Origin: Bispira polyomma
Taxonomy: Eukaryota
Direction: 5' to 3'
Assembly: GCA_965649765.1 (NCBI GenBank)
Contig: OZ287749.1
Coordinates: 10,354,001 to 10,418,000, forward strand
DNA: 64,000 nt
Shown here: piece by piece, positions 62,101-64,000 of the stretch
Layout: each line of letters begins with the position of its first letter
How positions within the stretch are numbered: the stretch's first letter is position 1
Translations under genes and position numbers: made by a program
The notes under the pieces: generated by a model
What the model was told of the DNA's origin: nothing
Database searches by the model: none
What the model saw: only the letters and a program-made list of their open reading frames with translations

Positions 62101-62352
62101 CTATAATGATCCGGAAATCTTTGCGTTTAATTGACCTGGTGAATATAGAGAGTACCAGCACTACACCCCATAAAAACTGTTAACCACTCACCTCGTGTAA
62201 TACGAGCTTAAACGCATCCTGTGTACGGTTGTAACAACACGTGTTGTTGTACTGATCTCTGAGCTGGACACAAACCTGCTGCGGAGTGGTCACCGTGGCA
62301 ACCTGAATGGTCAGCTGACTCACCACGGCACTCTTGTCTACATCGACAGCAC
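47015..62352 (-). CDS. AREL1: AREL1/KIAA0317-like HECT E3 ubiquitin ligase, 3' part, 14 exons in window
   Basis: Exons in frame: 62192-62352, 61530-61698, 60567-60703, 59210-59287, 58740-58881, 57215-57336, 56284-56359, 55675-55787, 54921-55100, 54479-54601, 53948-54136, 51356-51498, 50627-50746, 47015-47117. AREL1-like motifs KKVYCYLSPRQMTIKEFYMKIFP and GGSETFQDK; HECT motifs LDWGGVRREWF and LPTAHTCFNELCLP. Confidence 0.92.
48755..50376 (+). mobile_element. Helentron/HINE-like non-autonomous element carrying about 7 tandem ~170-bp satellite units
   Basis: Units at 48760-49970 each with AAAATGGCCGCCATTTT-like core; 3' hairpin atgtccacccc-cact-ggggtggacat followed by aat. Confidence 0.6.
50627..50746 (-). 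CDS. AREL1: AREL1 exon (FVQFITGCSQLP...LPTAHT[C])
   Basis: Catalytic Cys codon split TG|T by the intron. Confidence 0.93.
51356..51498 (-). CDS. AREL1: AREL1 exon (LLLCGLGEY...WLWTIL...LAR)
   Basis: HECT hinge/C-lobe. Confidence 0.92.
53948..54136 (-). CDS. AREL1: AREL1 exon (VTELLPGG...FDEYELE)
   Basis: HECT motif. Confidence 0.93.
54479..54601 (-). CDS. AREL1: AREL1 exon (YLETDDPELY...VVK)
   Basis: HECT motif. Confidence 0.92.
54921..55100 (-). CDS. AREL1: AREL1 exon (YEFAGKIVGKCLYES...LHYK)
   Basis: HECT motif. Confidence 0.93.
55675..55787 (-). CDS. AREL1: AREL1 exon (GLDWGGVRREWF...QGL)
   Basis: HECT motif. Confidence 0.93.
55828..56275. repeat. 20-bp minisatellite filling an AREL1 intron
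   Basis: gttttacacctcacacccat. Confidence 0.9.
56284..56359 (-). CDS. AREL1: AREL1 exon (SYRATRDFSVSDWCRNFKITFEGEE)
   Basis: HECT N-lobe start. Confidence 0.9.
57215..57336 (-). CDS. AREL1: AREL1 exon (GGSETFQDKQKFF...LLET)
   Basis: Conserved motif. Confidence 0.92.
57470..58750 (-). repeat. Donor-containing 33-bp minisatellite (interrupted 57930-58250)
   Basis: acacctgtactgac|ctatat. Confidence 0.9.
58740..58881 (-). CDS. AREL1: AREL1 exon (FTFLPP...KDRNLMVAIF...RNI)
   Basis: Splice sites, frame. Confidence 0.88.
59210..59287 (-). CDS. AREL1: AREL1 exon (QMTIKEFYMKIFPRRLHTFRICSGIK)
   Basis: Conserved motif, 78 nt. Confidence 0.9.
59520..60580 (-). repeat. Donor-containing ~42-bp minisatellite, about 25 units
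   Basis: Minus: acctgtcaccaagg|gtaggttgtcatagtaac. Confidence 0.93.
60567..60703 (-). CDS. AREL1: AREL1 exon (ESDMS...KKVYCYLSPR)
   Basis: Splice sites, conserved motif. Confidence 0.9.
60890..61540 (-). repeat. Donor-containing ~26-bp minisatellite
   Basis: agaactgac|cagttaatga. Confidence 0.88.
61530..61698 (-). CDS. AREL1: AREL1 exon (PDTGYE...TVISLT)
   Basis: Splice sites and frame continuity. Confidence 0.85.
62192..62352 (-). CDS. AREL1: AREL1 exon (GAVDVDKS...LRDQYNN...LHE)
   Basis: cag / GAG|gtgagt on minus strand. Confidence 0.85.
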
Positions 62353-62419
62353 CTGAAAGATGAGACAGGAGTGATGAGGTCTGTAACAATGTAGACAAGA
62401 CAACAGCAGGAGTGACAGG

Positions 62420-64000
62420 TATATACTGAAACAATCATGTGGACAGGTATTAACAGGGCTGATGGGTTTATTCTGAATCAATGTCGACAGATATCATGAG
62501 GGCTGATGGATTTATAATCTTGTGGACAGATATCAATGTCAGGTTTATACTGAATTAATATGGACAGATATCATGAGGGGTGACCGGTTTATAATAATAT
62601 TGACAGATATCAATAGGTTGAGACAGGTTTATACTAAAATAATGTAGACAATGGAATAATGTGGACAGACGTAAACAGGGGTAATGGCTTAATAATGAAT
62701 TAATATGGTCAGATATCAAGAGAGGTGCTGGGTTTATACTGAAATAATGTGGACAGATATCAGGAGAGGTGCTGGGTTTATACTGAAATAATGTGGACAG
62801 ATATCAGGAGAGGTGCTGGGTTTATACTGAAATAATGTGGACAGATATCAAGAGAGGTGATGGGTTTATACTGAAATAATGTGGACAGATATCAAGAGAG
62901 GTGATGGGTTTATACTGAAATAATGTGGACAGATATCAAGAGAGGTGATGGGTTTATACTGAAATAATGTGGACAGATATCAAGAGAGGTGCTGGGTTTA
63001 TACTGAATCAATGTGGAGAAATATCATGAGAGGTAATGGGTTTATACTGAAAAAATGTGGACAGATATCAATAGAGGTGAGGGGTTTTTACCGAATCGAT
63101 GCAGAGAAAAAATCATGAGGGGTGATGGATTCATAATAATTTGGACAGATATCAATTATAGGAGTGTAGGTGTATACCGAATCAATGCGGACAGATATTT
63201 ATAGGGGTGACAGGTTTATAATAATGTTGACAGATATCAAGAGAGGTGATGGGTTTATAGTAAAGTGGAGAGACATCATTAGTGGTGACTGGCTATTATT
63301 GACACAATGTAAATGACCAACCAATTAGTAATGGTGGCAGGTTTACACTATAAGCATTATATACAACAAAACTGGAGACTTTATTGATGACACCGGGATA
63401 TTTACAGTACTGACCAGGTACAAAGACTGTAATGGTTAGAGAACCCTGTATATTACACCACTGACCTGGTACAAAGACTGTAATGGTTAGAGAACCCTAT
63501 ATATTACACCACTGACCTGGTACAAAGACTGTAATGGTTAGAGAACCCTGTATATTACACCACTGACCAGGTACAAAGACTGTAATGGTTGGAGAACCCT
63601 GTATATTACACCACTGACCTGGTACAAAGACTGTAATGGTTAGAGAACCCTGTATATTACACCACTGACCAGGTACAAAGACTGTAATGGTTAGAGAATC
63701 CTGTATATTACACCACTGACCAGGTACAATGACTTTAATAGTTAGAGAACCCTATATATTACACCACTGACCAGGTACAAAGACTGTAATGGTTAGAGAA
63801 CCCTGTATATTACACCACTGACCAGGTACAAAGACTGTAATAGTTAGAGAACCCAGGATATTACACCACTGACCAGGTACAAAGACTGTAATGGTTAGTG
63901 AACCCAGGATATTACACCACTGACCAGGTACAAAGACTGTAATGGTTAGAGAATCCTGTATATTACACCACTGACCTGGTACAAAGACTCTTATTGGTTG
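62420..64000. repeat. 44-bp (62420-63260) and 51-bp (63400-64000) minisatellites
   Basis: Direct inspection. Confidence 0.9.

Overview
Eukaryotic (invertebrate animal, probably lophotrochozoan; inference) genomic DNA with two convergent multi-exon genes. Plus strand, 77-42321: the 3' portion of a voltage-gated sodium channel Nav1 (para/SCN-type) gene, from the domain I pore loop to the stop. It has a D-E-K-A selectivity filter and an MFM(T) inactivation gate. Minus strand, 62352-47015: the 3' part of an AREL1 (KIAA0317)-like HECT E3 ligase gene. Main discovery: the toxin-binding outer pore of this one gene appears modular. Three alternative, apparently mutually exclusive exons encode the domain III P-loop (KGW-IP / KGW-LP / KGW-TP). 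Two tandem copies of the terminal exon encode different domain IV P-loops (AGW-HS / AGW-NS). All five lack the acidic residue at canonical tetrodotoxin/saxitoxin-binding positions, giving up to 6 predicted toxin-resistant pore isoforms. Other points: an AT-AC intron in the III-IV linker, a captured exon fragment inside a minisatellite, and, in both genes, about 20 minisatellites whose unit contains the splice site itself. Introns also carry tRNA-derived SINEs, MITEs, LINE remnants and a satellite-bearing Helentron-like element. Exon boundaries were read by eye from splice signals and frame continuity; repeat boundaries are approximate.
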